Source: an uncultured Gemmatimonadales bacterium (lineage in GTDB: Bacteria > Gemmatimonadota > Gemmatimonadetes > Longimicrobiales > RSA9). Taken from it: a stretch of 64,000 nucleotides of DNA. Below are positions 38,960 to 48,519 of this stretch, in pieces. The translations under genes and the position numbers were made by a program. Under the pieces are notes generated by a model. It saw nothing but the letters and a program-made list of their open reading frames with translations, was not told the DNA's origin and did not search any database. The DNA lies in the NCBI GenBank assembly GCA_963798085.1, contig CAWCRS010000007.1, positions 1,600,001 to 1,664,000 of the forward strand, read 5' to 3'. How positions within the stretch are numbered: position 1 is the first letter of the stretch; each line of letters begins with the position of its first letter.

Positions 38960-41089
38960 ATGAAACCCAGCGCTGTAGGCGCCACACTCCTGGCCACCAG
39001 CCTGCTGCTGGCGGCGGGCACGCGCCTGCAGGCGAGGCAGAGCAAGCAGGCGAAGGACACGACGCACGTCGTCGTCCTCGATCGTATTCCCGTCACGGTG
39101 GCACGGGGCACGGCGCCGCTGGCGAGACTGCCCGCCGCATTCGCGCACGTCGGCGCGGACGCGATCGGCGGGGCACAGGCGACGGTGGGCGTGGATGAAT
39201 CGCTGAGTCGCGTGCCCGGCATCTTCGTCAACAACCGCTACAATTTCTCGCTGGGCCCGCGCATCTCGATGCGCGGCCTGGGCTCGCGCGCGGCGTTCGG
39301 CGTGCGCGGCATCCGTGTGCTCGCGGATGGCATCCCGCTGACCATGCCGGACGGGCAGACCAACCTCAATAACCTCGAGTTGGGAACGGCCGACCGCATC
39401 GAAGTGATGCGCGGACCGGCATCGTCGCTTTACGGCAACGCCGCCGGCGGTGTGATCTCCATCTCGACGGAAGCGCCGCCCGCGCGCTTCGCATCGCAGG
39501 TGCGCGTGCTGGGCGGCGATGCGGGACGCGCCGGGGGCGGGCTCGACGCACTGTACAAGCTGCAGGCGGCGGCGGGCGGACCGATGGGCAACAGTGGTGG
39601 TGGCTGGATCGCCAGCCTCTCACGCATGCAGACCGACGGCTTCCGCGATTTCTCCCGCGCGGAGCAGACACTGCTGAACGTCGTCGCCCGGCAACCACTG
39701 GGTACGAACTCACGCATCACGGGGGTGGTCAACCTCTGGGACAGCCCGGTTGCCGAGAGCCCGGGCGCACTGCCCCTCGATTCCGTGCGCCGCAATCGCG
39801 ACATGGCATGGCCCGCGAACGTGCGCTCGAAAGCGGGCGAGGCGGACCGGCAGGGGCAGGTGGGGCTGGCGTTCGCGCACGCCATGGGCGGGAACCGCCT
39901 CGACATCGCGACCTACGGCCTGCAACGCGACATCAGGAACGCACTCGCGTTCGGCTACATCGATCTGACCCGAAAGGGCGGAGGTTTGCGCGCGTCGTGG
40001 GCCGGTGGGCCGGCCGGCGGGCGCTTCGCCGTCACCGCGGGCACCGACATCGAGTATGCCAGCGATGACCGCCGGGAATTCGACAACAATGGCGGTACGC
40101 CCGGTACACTGCGCCGCGATCAGCAGGATGAGGTAGGAACCGCGGCGCCGTTCGTCCAGTTGCTGCTCTCGCTTGCGCCTCGCCTTGACATGCTGTTAGG
40201 CGCGCGCTACGACGCTGTGCGCTTCACGACCACGGATCGCTTCCTGAGCGATGGGCGCGATGATTCCGGTGAGCGTACGCTTTCGGCGACCAGCCCCATG
40301 GCAGGACTGTCCTTCGAGCTGACGCACGCGCTGCACGTCTATGGCAATGTCGCGACTGCGTTCCAGACGCCCACCACGACCGAGCTGATCAATGCACCCC
40401 CGGCCACCGGCCAGTCCTGCTGCCCGGGTGGCTTCAACACCAACCTCCAACCGCAACGCGCTGTCAGCTTCGAAGCCGGCGCGCGCGGCGGCGTGGGCCG
40501 CTTCGACCTCGATCTGGCGGCGTACCACATGAAGGTGCGCCACACCATCGTGCCCTTCCAGGTGGCCGACGGCGAAGGACGCGAGTTCTTTCGCAATGCC
40601 GGTGAATCAAGACACAACGGGCTCGAGCTGGCCGCCAGCACGCATCTGGGCCCGCATGTCGTGTCACTGGCATGGACACTCACCGATTTCATCTTCATCG
40701 ACGATGGCGATCCCACCACCGCGTACGAGGGCAACCAGCTGCCCGGTGTGCCCCGCCAGCACGTGTTCGCCGGTTTGCAGCTGAGACCGGTGCACACGCT
40801 CCACCTCGATGCCGAGATGGAACACACAGGCCGGTACTTCGCCAACGATGCCAATGAGGCAACGGCCGTGAACGACGCGGCCACCGTGCTGAACCTGCGA
40901 CTCCGCTTCGATGCCCGCATTGGAGGCGTCAGCGCACAGCCCTTCCTGGCCCTCAATAATGCGACGGATACGCGCTACAACAGCTCGGTCGTAGTGAATG
41001 CGGCCGCGCGCCGATACTATGAGCCAGCTCCCCGCAGGAACTTCTATCTGGGTCTGGCCATGGCCGCGGGGCCGTGGCCCGGCTCCTGA
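38960..41089 (+). CDS. TonB-dependent receptor, YncD/PqqU-like
   Basis: Signal peptide, plug RG.GSRAAFGVRGIRV..DGIPLTMPDGQ, IEVMRGPASSLYGNAAGGVI, C-terminal RYYEPAP.RN. Confidence 0.9.
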   Translation: MKPSAVGATLLATSLLLAAGTRLQARQSKQAKDTTHVVVLDRIPVTVARGTAPLARLPAAFAHVGADAIGGAQATVGVDESLSRVPGIFVNNRYNFSLGPRISMRGLGSRAAFGVRGIRVLADGIPLTMPDGQTNLNNLELGTADRIEVMRGPASSLYGNAAGGVISISTEAPPARFASQVRVLGGDAGRAGGGLDALYKLQAAAGGPMGNSGGGWIASLSRMQTDGFRDFSRAEQTLLNVVARQPLGTNSRITGVVNLWDSPVAESPGALPLDSVRRNRDMAWPANVRSKAGEADRQGQVGLAFAHAMGGNRLDIATYGLQRDIRNALAFGYIDLTRKGGGLRASWAGGPAGGRFAVTAGTDIEYASDDRREFDNNGGTPGTLRRDQQDEVGTAAPFVQLLLSLAPRLDMLLGARYDAVRFTTTDRFLSDGRDDSGERTLSATSPMAGLSFELTHALHVYGNVATAFQTPTTTELINAPPATGQSCCPGGFNTNLQPQRAVSFEAGARGGVGRFDLDLAAYHMKVRHTIVPFQVADGEGREFFRNAGESRHNGLELAASTHLGPHVVSLAWTLTDFIFIDDGDPTTAYEGNQLPGVPRQHVFAGLQLRPVHTLHLDAEMEHTGRYFANDANEATAVNDAATVLNLRLRFDARIGGVSAQPFLALNNATDTRYNSSVVVNAAARRYYEPAPRRNFYLGLAMAAGPWPGS

Positions 41090-41172
41090 CGCCATCTGTC
41101 GGAGGTCCGGCGCGGCGACTACAATTGCGCGAGTTCGCCGCACCGATCCCCGCGCCGAGGAAAGGACCGTCC

Positions 41173-42717
41173 ATGTCCGGTGATCCCTTTCACGGGCACC
41201 GCTCGGAACCGCTGCCGCCTGCGCGCACGCACTGGCAGGAGCTCGCCGGACGGCGCCAGAGCCATGACGCGGGCTGGCTGCGACCGGTGCGCTCCGGACT
41301 GTTCGCGCCACCCGCCGTCGAGCCGGAATCGATGGCCACGCAGGTCGGGGAACGCGTCGCGGAAACGCCCGAGCTCGAGCCCGACACGTTGTGGATCGAG
41401 TCCGTCGCGCAGGAAGTTCCCGCCGGTGCGCTGACCCCGCCTGTCGATTTCGAAGAAGTGCCCGCCGAGTACGAGGAGGAGGTCAGCGAGTCCGAGCCCG
41501 AAGCCGGGTACGCTGCCGTCGTCGCCTACGAGACGGACGCTGTCGATGACACTGCAGAAACCGCCAATTACACGTCAGAGGCCATCGCATACGAAGCGGA
41601 TGCCGGCGAACTCGAAGCAGAGGCCGTCCAATTCGAACCGGAGGCCGTCGACTACGAAGCGGAGGCCGTCGAATACGAAGAAGGTGCGGCGCCGGACGAT
41701 CTGCAGTCGTCAGGCTACGCTGTCGAGCCTCCGTTCCGTGCGGAATCCGCCGATTACGACGACGGGACGGTCGAGCGGGAAGCGGAAGCATTCGCCGCGG
41801 AAAGCAGCGCGGCGGAAGGCAGTGCAGCGATCGAGTGGGACGAGGCGCGGGAACCCGAGTCCAGCGGGGAACCGGCTGCGTTCGAAGAGGTTGCGTTCGC
41901 GGACGCACAGCCTGAATTCTCCGGGATCGAAGCGGCCGCCACCGGAGTCGACGCCGAACCGCCCTCGCCCTGGGAGTCGTACTTCTCTTCCGTCGACGAT
42001 GAAGTGATCCTCGAATCGGGAGCCGCCGGGCCGGTTGACCGCATGTCCTTCGAGGAAACCGGAGACGAGGAAGAGGACGATGAGCTGATCCTGGAAATCA
42101 GCATCGACGACGAGGCCGAAGAAACCATCTTCGAAGCGCACGTCGACGACGACCCGGAATCCGTCACGGACGCAGACACGCCTGCCGCGGCCGCCGAAAC
42201 CGAGCCGGCGAGCATGCGGCCCGGCCCGGCGCCGCTCAGTGCCTGGGACCTCGCGCGCACACGCGACAATCAGGAGGCCGAGCGCAAGGCCGCTAACGCG
42301 CGAGCAGAATGGGAATCGTTCGGCCGCCAGCTCGCCGAATCGCTTTCCTTCCAGAGCGAAGCGGGCACCCACGAGGTACAGCTCACTGACGCTGTGGAAG
42401 AGAAACTCGCCAACGCGCCAGCTTCCGCGCCATTCCCGCCCGCCGTCGAGGTGGAAGGACTGCAGCCCATCGGTGCGGCTTTCGAGCCGCTCCACGAGGA
42501 GACGCTAACACCAGATCCGGAGCAGGCGACGTCTCCCGCTCCGGAGTCGCCGGCCGCTGCGCCGGCCCTCTCCGAGCTGGCCGCCCGCCTGGAGGCGTTC
42601 GCCGCGGCGCTCCGTGAAAAGGGCGAGGATGCATTGCGTCAGCCCACGGGCGGCGACCCCGTGCAGGCACTGCTCACAGGCATCGCCGCCGGCTGGCTCG
42701 GAGGACGCCAGTCGTGA
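41173..42717 (+). CDS. Very acidic low-complexity hypothetical protein
   Basis: 514-aa ORF rich in E/D/A/P, AAAGGA RBS, GTGA overlap with apt, helical-looking C-terminus. Confidence 0.8.
   Translation: MSGDPFHGHRSEPLPPARTHWQELAGRRQSHDAGWLRPVRSGLFAPPAVEPESMATQVGERVAETPELEPDTLWIESVAQEVPAGALTPPVDFEEVPAEYEEEVSESEPEAGYAAVVAYETDAVDDTAETANYTSEAIAYEADAGELEAEAVQFEPEAVDYEAEAVEYEEGAAPDDLQSSGYAVEPPFRAESADYDDGTVEREAEAFAAESSAAEGSAAIEWDEAREPESSGEPAAFEEVAFADAQPEFSGIEAAATGVDAEPPSPWESYFSSVDDEVILESGAAGPVDRMSFEETGDEEEDDELILEISIDDEAEETIFEAHVDDDPESVTDADTPAAAAETEPASMRPGPAPLSAWDLARTRDNQEAERKAANARAEWESFGRQLAESLSFQSEAGTHEVQLTDAVEEKLANAPASAPFPPAVEVEGLQPIGAAFEPLHEETLTPDPEQATSPAPESPAAAPALSELAARLEAFAAALREKGEDALRQPTGGDPVQALLTGIAAGWLGGRQS
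41578..41682 (+). repeat. Coding 21-bp tandem repeat, 5 units
   Basis: Units like GAGGCCGTCGACTACGAAGCG encoding EAIAYEA/DAGELEA/EAVQFEP/EAVDYEA/EAVEYEE. Confidence 0.75.
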
Positions 42718-43250
42718 GCACAGGCACAATCGAAAAGCGCATCCGCGAACGCATCCGCGAGATTCCGGACTTTCCCACGCCCGGCATCCTCTTCCGCGAC
42801 ATTACACCCGTGCTCGCCAATGCGACATTGTTCGCGGACACGGTCGAGCACTTCTGCCGCCGCTTCGAGAATACCGCCGTCGACATTGTCGTCGCCATCG
42901 AGTCACGCGGCTTCATCGTCGGTGCACCCGTCGCGCTCGCTCTCGGCCTGGCTTTCGCACCCGTGCGCAAGCCAGGCAAGCTCCCGTTCACGACCGTGCG
43001 CGTCGACTACAAGCTCGAGTACGGTACCGATGCACTCGAAGCCCACATCAATGCCGTCCAGCCCGGCCAGCGCGTTCTTGTCATCGATGACGTCCTCGCC
43101 ACCGGTGGCACGGCTGCCGGCACCGTCACACTCGTGCAGAAGCTGGGCGGCGAAGTCGTCGGCTGCGGCTTCCTCATCGAGCTGGCCGCGCTCCGCGGCC
43201 GCCAGAAGCTGTCACCCATTCCCGTCGACTCCCTGATCACCTACGACTGA
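42714..43250 (+). CDS. apt: Adenine phosphoribosyltransferase
   Basis: PDFP.PGILFRDITP, ESRGF, RKPGKLP, LEYG, IDDVLATGGT. Confidence 0.97.
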   Translation: MSTGTIEKRIRERIREIPDFPTPGILFRDITPVLANATLFADTVEHFCRRFENTAVDIVVAIESRGFIVGAPVALALGLAFAPVRKPGKLPFTTVRVDYKLEYGTDALEAHINAVQPGQRVLVIDDVLATGGTAAGTVTLVQKLGGEVVGCGFLIELAALRGRQKLSPIPVDSLITYD

Positions 43251-43358
43251 CAATCCATGCCGCGCCGGTCGCGCACGCGTCCGCACGCGAGCCCGCTGAT
43301 CCCGGCCCCACGCCTTCGCATGCTCGCACCCACCTGAACCGCGCGACCGGCGGTGGGC

Positions 43359-43388
43359 TTGACATATCAACAACAGTTGATATATAAT
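43359..43388 (+). promoter_or_regulatory. Consensus sigma70 promoter overlapped by a probable ArsR operator palindrome
   Basis: TTGACA(43359-64)-18 nt-TATAAT(43383-88); ATATCAAC-AACA-GTTGATAT at 43364-43383. Confidence 0.88.
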
Positions 43389-43393
43389 CCGGC

Positions 43394-43717
43394 ATGAACA
43401 GAACAGCGATACCCAATGCGATCATGCTGGAACGGCTGCAGGCGATTGCGGAAGTGACACGACTGCAGATCGTGCGGCTGCTGGGCGATGGCGAACGCTG
43501 CGTGTGCGAGTTGCAGAGCGCGCTGGACGCGGCGCAGTCACGGCTCTCGTTCCATCTGAAGAAGCTGAAGGATGCGGGCGTGATCGCGGACCGGCGTGAG
43601 GGACGGTGGATCTACTACGCGCTGGTGCCTGAGGCCATCGATGAGTTGCGCGAGTTTCTGGAGGTCATGAAACCGGATGTCACCACCACGGTCCGCACCG
43701 GTCCGTGCTGTGACTGA
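43394..43717 (+). CDS. arsR: ArsR/SmtB arsenic-responsive repressor
   Basis: ERCVCEL, QSRLSFHLKKL, RREGRWIYY, C-terminal CC. Confidence 0.93.
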   Translation: MNRTAIPNAIMLERLQAIAEVTRLQIVRLLGDGERCVCELQSALDAAQSRLSFHLKKLKDAGVIADRREGRWIYYALVPEAIDELREFLEVMKPDVTTTVRTGPCCD

Positions 43718-43738
43718 CCGCATACGGTGAGAGGGGCC

Positions 43739-44623
43739 ATGAGCGTCGACGTGAGGGCGGTTGTGCGTGAGAAGTACGGCGAGGCCGCGCGCCGCGCGGC
43801 GGAGGGAGAGAAGGGCTCGTGCTGCGGCACGCAGTGCGGCTGTGGTTCGGACGATCCGATCACGCGCGATCTGTATGACGCGCTGACCTCCTCACAGGTG
43901 CCGGAGGCGGCCATGCTGGCGTCGCTGGGCTGCGGCAATCCCACCGCGCTGGCGGAACTGCGGGAAGGCAATGTCGTGCTGGACCTGGGCAGCGGTGGCG
44001 GTATCGATGTGCTGCTGTCGGCGCGCCGCGTGGGCGCCACGGGCAAGGCGTATGGCCTCGACATGACGGACGACATGCTGGCACTGGCGCGGCGCAATGC
44101 AGCGGAGGCCGGCGTCCGCAATGTGGAGTTCCTGCAGGGCGAGATCGAGAACATCCCGCTGCCTGACAATTCGGTGGACGTGATCATTTCGAACTGTGTG
44201 ATCAACCTGTCCGGCGAGAAGCGACAGGTGCTGCGCGAGGCTTTCCGCGTGCTGAAGCCGGGCGGCCGGTTTGCGGTGTCCGATGTGGTGGTGCGGGGCA
44301 ATGTGCCGGCCGAAGTGCGGCGTAACATGGAGTTATGGGTGGGCTGCGTGGCGGGCGCGCTCGAGGAGCAGGAGTTCCGGGCGCTGCTGGCCGATGCCGG
44401 CTTCGCCGAAGCCAGCATCGAGCCGACACGCGTCTATCAGGTGGATGATGCGCGTGCGTTCCTGGAAGATGCGGGTCTCGACGTCGCTGCCTTTGCGCCT
44501 GCGATCGAGGGACGCTTCATGGCCGCGTTCGTGCGCGCGCAGAAGCCGGTCGCCAGGAAGCTGCAGGCTGCGACGCTGCCCCTGGCGAAGACGCCCTGCT
44601 GCGGACCGGACTGCTGCACCTGA
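43739..44623 (+). CDS. arsM: Arsenite S-adenosylmethionine methyltransferase
   Basis: SCC, SLGCGNP, LDLGSGGG, SNCVINL, LWVGCVAGA, tail CCGPDCC. Confidence 0.95.
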   Translation: MSVDVRAVVREKYGEAARRAAEGEKGSCCGTQCGCGSDDPITRDLYDALTSSQVPEAAMLASLGCGNPTALAELREGNVVLDLGSGGGIDVLLSARRVGATGKAYGLDMTDDMLALARRNAAEAGVRNVEFLQGEIENIPLPDNSVDVIISNCVINLSGEKRQVLREAFRVLKPGGRFAVSDVVVRGNVPAEVRRNMELWVGCVAGALEEQEFRALLADAGFAEASIEPTRVYQVDDARAFLEDAGLDVAAFAPAIEGRFMAAFVRAQKPVARKLQAATLPLAKTPCCGPDCCT

Positions 44624-44625
44624 CC

Positions 44626-45396
44626 ATGCGCTACGCGCTGCTCGCGGACATCCACGCGAACCTGCCGGCGCTCGAAGCCGTGCTCGCGCATATCGACCGG
44701 CGAGGCGACATCGATGCCGTCTACCATCTGGGTGACCTGGTGGGCTACGCGCCCTGGCCGAACGAAGTGGTGGCGTTGTTGCGGCAGCGGGGGATCGCCG
44801 GGATCGCGGGCAACTACGATTCCACCACGGGCACGGACTACAAACACTGCGGCTGCCGCTACGAGGATGCACGCCAGGAAGGGCTGAGCCATCTCAGTTA
44901 TGCCTGGACGCGGGCGCACGTGACCGCGTCCACGAAGCAATGGCTCGCCGGACTGCCGTTCCGCATCGACCTGCGCCCGCTGGGCGGACACCTGGCCGGA
45001 CCGCGACTCATGCTGGTGCACGGCAATGCCATCCTGAACACCGTGTACTGGACGGAGGACCGTTCGGACGAGTTCTGCCTGCAGATGGCGCAGCAGCTGG
45101 GCGCGCGGGCGGGCAATGTGGTGGCATTCGGACACACGCACCGGGCATGGCAGCGCGCCGTCGGCGACATCCATTTCGTGAACGCCGGATCGGTGGGCCG
45201 GCCGAAGGACGGCGACTGGCGGGCCGGCTACGTCACCATCGCCATGACCGGGCAGCGCACTGACATCGAGTTAGGGCGCGTGGAGTACGACCTGGCGCGC
45301 GCCGTGCGCGGCATCCGCGAGAGCGACCTGCCCGCTGCGTTCGCCACCATCCTGGAAACAGGGGGCCGGCTGACCAGTGCTGGCTCCGTCGGCTGA
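44626..45396 (+). CDS. Calcineurin-like metallophosphoesterase in ars operon
   Basis: [32 protein letters not shown]; extra HCGC motif. Confidence 0.9.
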   Translation: MRYALLADIHANLPALEAVLAHIDRRGDIDAVYHLGDLVGYAPWPNEVVALLRQRGIAGIAGNYDSTTGTDYKHCGCRYEDARQEGLSHLSYAWTRAHVTASTKQWLAGLPFRIDLRPLGGHLAGPRLMLVHGNAILNTVYWTEDRSDEFCLQMAQQLGARAGNVVAFGHTHRAWQRAVGDIHFVNAGSVGRPKDGDWRAGYVTIAMTGQRTDIELGRVEYDLARAVRGIRESDLPAAFATILETGGRLTSAGSVG

Positions 45397-45419
45397 CCCC
45401 GCCATGGCCGGCCAGCAGC

Positions 45420-46537
45420 ATGTCTGATGCGCGCCCGCGCAACGGCAGACGGCTCGGCTTCCTCGACCGCTACCTGACGCTCTGGATCTTCGCTGCCATG
45501 GCCGCAGGCATAGCCATCGGTTACCTGTGGCCGGCGGCCGTGGCGGCGTGGAATCGCGAGACGCAGGCGGGCACGACGTCCATTCCGATTGCGGCCGGTC
45601 TCATTCTCATGATGTATCCGCCGCTGGCCAGCGTGCGCTACGAAGAGCTGGGCGATGTGTTCCGCAACCGCAGGGTGCTGGCGCTTTCGCTGCTGCAGAA
45701 CTGGGTGATCGGCCCGCTGCTGATGTTCGGGCTGGCGCTGTTGTTCCTGCGCGCATACCCGGAGCTGATGACCGGGCTCATCCTGATCGGGCTGGCGAGG
45801 TGCATCGCCATGGTCATCGTCTGGAACGATCTGGCTTCCGGCGACGCCGAATACGCTGCGGGCCTCGTCGCCTTCAATTCGATCTTCCAGGTGCTCTTCT
45901 ACTCGGTGTACGCGTGGTTCTTCATCACGGCGGTACCGCACTGGCTCGGGCTCGGTGGCGCTGTGGTCCGCATCACCATGCGCCAGATCGCGACCAGCGT
46001 GTTCATCTACCTCGGCATTCCCGCACTGGCCGGTGCGCTCACGCGCTTTCTGCTGGTACGGGCGCGGGGCAGGACCTGGTACCACGAGCATTTCGTGCCG
46101 CGCATCAGCCCGCTGACGCTGGTGGCACTGCTGTTCACCATCGTGGTCATGTTCTCGATCAGGGTCAAGCGATCATTCGCCAGCCGCAGGCGGTCGTGCG
46201 CGTGGCGATTCCGCTGCTCATCTACTTCCTCGGCATGTTCACGATCACGTTCTTCATGAGCCGCAAGGCTGGCGCAAGCTATCCGCAGACAGCGACGCTC
46301 TCCCTCACGGCCGCATCCAACAACTTCGAGCTGGCGATTGCCGTGGCGGTGGGCACGTTCGGCATCGGGCACGGCGCGGCATTCGCCGCCGTGATCGGAC
46401 CGCTCGTGGAGGTGCCCGTCCTGATCATGCTGGTGAACGTGGCGCTGCGCTGGCGCGGGAAGTACTTCCCGGAAACCGCGGCCGCGATCGACAGCGTGCG
46501 CAACTGCGCCTTCCCCGCGGGAACCCCGGCGCCCTGA
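45420..46537 (+). pseudogene. acr3: Acr3 arsenite efflux permease with a 1-nt frameshift (possible sequencing error)
   Basis: [24 protein letters not shown] in one frame; [19 protein letters not shown] in another; one base missing near 46161; repaired length 372 aa. Confidence 0.9.
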
Positions 46538-46648
46538 TAATGCCCTGCCAGGAGAACACGCTACGATCGACCGCTGCAATGGCGCGGGCCCGGGCCCCGA
46601 CGCCAGCACGCACTGCCGGTTCCGGGGTCCCGCTCCGAGAGGCTGAGG

Positions 46649-47820
46649 TCAGACCTTGATCTTCCAGTAGGTGACGGTCCCGCCGTCCACGGCATCGGTG
46701 CCCGTCAGGGCCGTCTGCTTCGCGGGCGCCGGCTGCATGGTCCAGCACGCTGTCTCGGAGGCATCCGTGGATGCGTGCAGGAAGTAGTTCCTCGCCTTCA
46801 TGTTCGTGGGATTGGTGACGACCGAGTCCGAGACTACAATGTGGATGTGCGGTGCCCGCTTGCCGCCGGGGAAACCGTTGCTGAAAACACCAATGTTATG
46901 ATCGAGACAGATCTCCATGCCGAACGTAATGCCCTCGAATGGGATCCGTGAGGCCCAGCTTGTCGCCCGATACGAACACCGTGCTGCGGTCCCCGATGCA
47001 CTCGTGGAAATCGCCCATCTTGTTGTACTTGAAGCGCACCCGCCCGCCATACAGCAGATACGCGGTGTTGCGCATCATGTGCGTGGCCGCGCCGCCCGCG
47101 GCGGTCGCCTTCTTGGTAATCCGCGGAATCGTGCTGTAGCAGCTCGCGGGAAGGTTGTAGTCCGTAATGAGCTGTTTCAGAAACGGCTTGTCGTAGAGCA
47201 CGTCATCGACCAGTTCCCAGAACGCATCGGCCGCCGGCTTGCCGCCCGCCACGAGGTTGTTGAAGTCGGTGCCGAGGTTGTAGAAGTCGTTGTTGATGCA
47301 ATCGTCAATGGCGTCGACGAGTGGCGGCGCGGCCTTGCGCAGGCCACCCGTGTGGTCGGTGGACGCACCCAGCCGGACCACGTTCTTGGCGCGCCGGTCG
47401 GTCGTCTTCGCGATGCCCGTGCGCAGACCCGTAACCGGGTTCTTCTTCAGCGTCTCACCGGCTGGGCGGTCGAGCGGCTTGCGCCAGGCAATGGTCCCGG
47501 GCACCAGCACGATGTCAGGGTACTGCTCGCTCAGCTTGAGCAGCTGCGCCTGCAGCGTCTCCTTGTCGCGTTGCTCGATGGGCCGGCCCCGGAACCGATC
47601 CTGGCTGTCGCTCCATTTGCCCATCTTCGGGCTGGCGAAGTAGTACTCCGGCGCCACGAAGAATGCCGCGCATGCCGGCCTGACTGCCCAGACCATTGCT
47701 CATGATCCTGGATTGCAGCATGCCGAGTGCGGTCCGCAGGTGCGGCAGATTCGTACTCGGATCACGGGCCAGCGTGCCCGTCGAAGGTCGCGTCCAGAGT
47801 CCCGCAATGAGCGTAGGCAT
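46649..47820 (-). pseudogene. Divergent carbon-nitrogen hydrolase (nitrilase-fold) gene split by two +1 frameshifts
   Basis: Three ORFs join to give GIFVAPEYYF, MRNTAY, FKYNK, FGMEICLDH (E-K-C triad); GAGGTG RBS before ATG 47820; repaired length 389 aa. Confidence 0.75.
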
Positions 47821-47914
47821 CGAGTTTCACCTCTGCGCAGGGGTAGAGGAATCGCGGTCCGTGGCTCAGCCTGCAGCGCCGTCGCATATCGTTGAGCCGC
47901 GCGTAAACGCGGAT

Positions 47915-47943
47915 AGTATAGGTTCCGGCGAGGCACGGCGGAA
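47915..47943 (-). promoter_or_regulatory. Putative sigma70 promoter of the nitrilase-like gene
   Basis: Minus strand TTCCGC-17 nt-TATACT. Confidence 0.4.
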
Positions 47944-47994
47944 ACGCCGCGCGGGGCCTTCCACACCGGCCGGCGTGCGGGTAATTTTCCGCCG

Positions 47995-48070
47995 GCCCCC
48001 GTAGCTCAGGTGGATAGAGCGGCGGTTTCCTAAACCGCGTCAGCCGCAGGTTCGAATCCTGCCGGGGGCA
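47995..48070 (+). tRNA. tRNA-Arg(CCT)
   Basis: Acceptor GCCCCCG/CGGGGGC, D arm GCTC/GAGC, anticodon arm GCGGT-TTCCTAA-ACCGC, T arm GCAGG-TTCGAAT-CCTGC; CCA not encoded. Confidence 0.93.
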
Positions 48071-48120
48071 CTCCCGCCGCAACAGCGGTAACACCCCGCC
48101 GGTCCGCCGTCCGGCCTCTT

Positions 48121-48185
48121 CCTCTTGACAGCCAAAGGAGCAACGGATGCAGGGTCCCGCACGCGACCTCTTGGCGGCCAAAGGA
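48121..48185 (+). promoter_or_regulatory. Duplicated quasi-palindromic site upstream of padR (candidate operator)
   Basis: CCTCTTGACAGCCAAAGGA (48121-39) and CCTCTTGGCGGCCAAAGGA (48167-85), 17/19 identical. Confidence 0.6.
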
Positions 48186-48191
48186 AGGTGC

Positions 48192-48517
48192 ATGGCAGAA
48201 TCCACCGATGTGATTCAGGGCACAATCGACATGCTCGTGCTCAAGAGCCTGAGCCTGGAACCCATGCACGGGTTCGGCGTGGACCGACGCATCGAGCAGA
48301 TCAGCCGTGGTGTGTTCCGCGTGAACCCGGGCTCGCGCTGCTCGTCTTTCGCCGGCTGGAGCGCGCCGGGCTCGTCAATGCGGAATGGCGGGCGAGCGAG
48401 AACAACCGGCGGGCCCGGTACTATCAGATCACAACCGGGGGTCGCAGGCGGCTGAGAACGGAGAAGGATGACTGGGCGCGGCGTGCCGCGGCGATCGCCC
48501 GCCTGCTGGAAGCGTGA
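48192..48517 (+). pseudogene. PadR-family regulator (acidobacterial type), frameshifted
   Basis: QGTIDMLVLK, PMHGFG, VNPGS, frame change near 48335, then RRLERAG, WRASENNRRARYY. Confidence 0.85.
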
Positions 48518-48519
48518 CG

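Noticed and set aside
41578..41682. Short repeats as a possible CRISPR array
   Set aside because: In-frame 21-bp coding repeats with no spacers and no cas genes.
46930..47670. Programmed +1 frameshifting at the two ATTC sites
   Set aside because: No known slippery site or stimulator seen, and neighbouring genes also carry indels, so error or decay is simpler.
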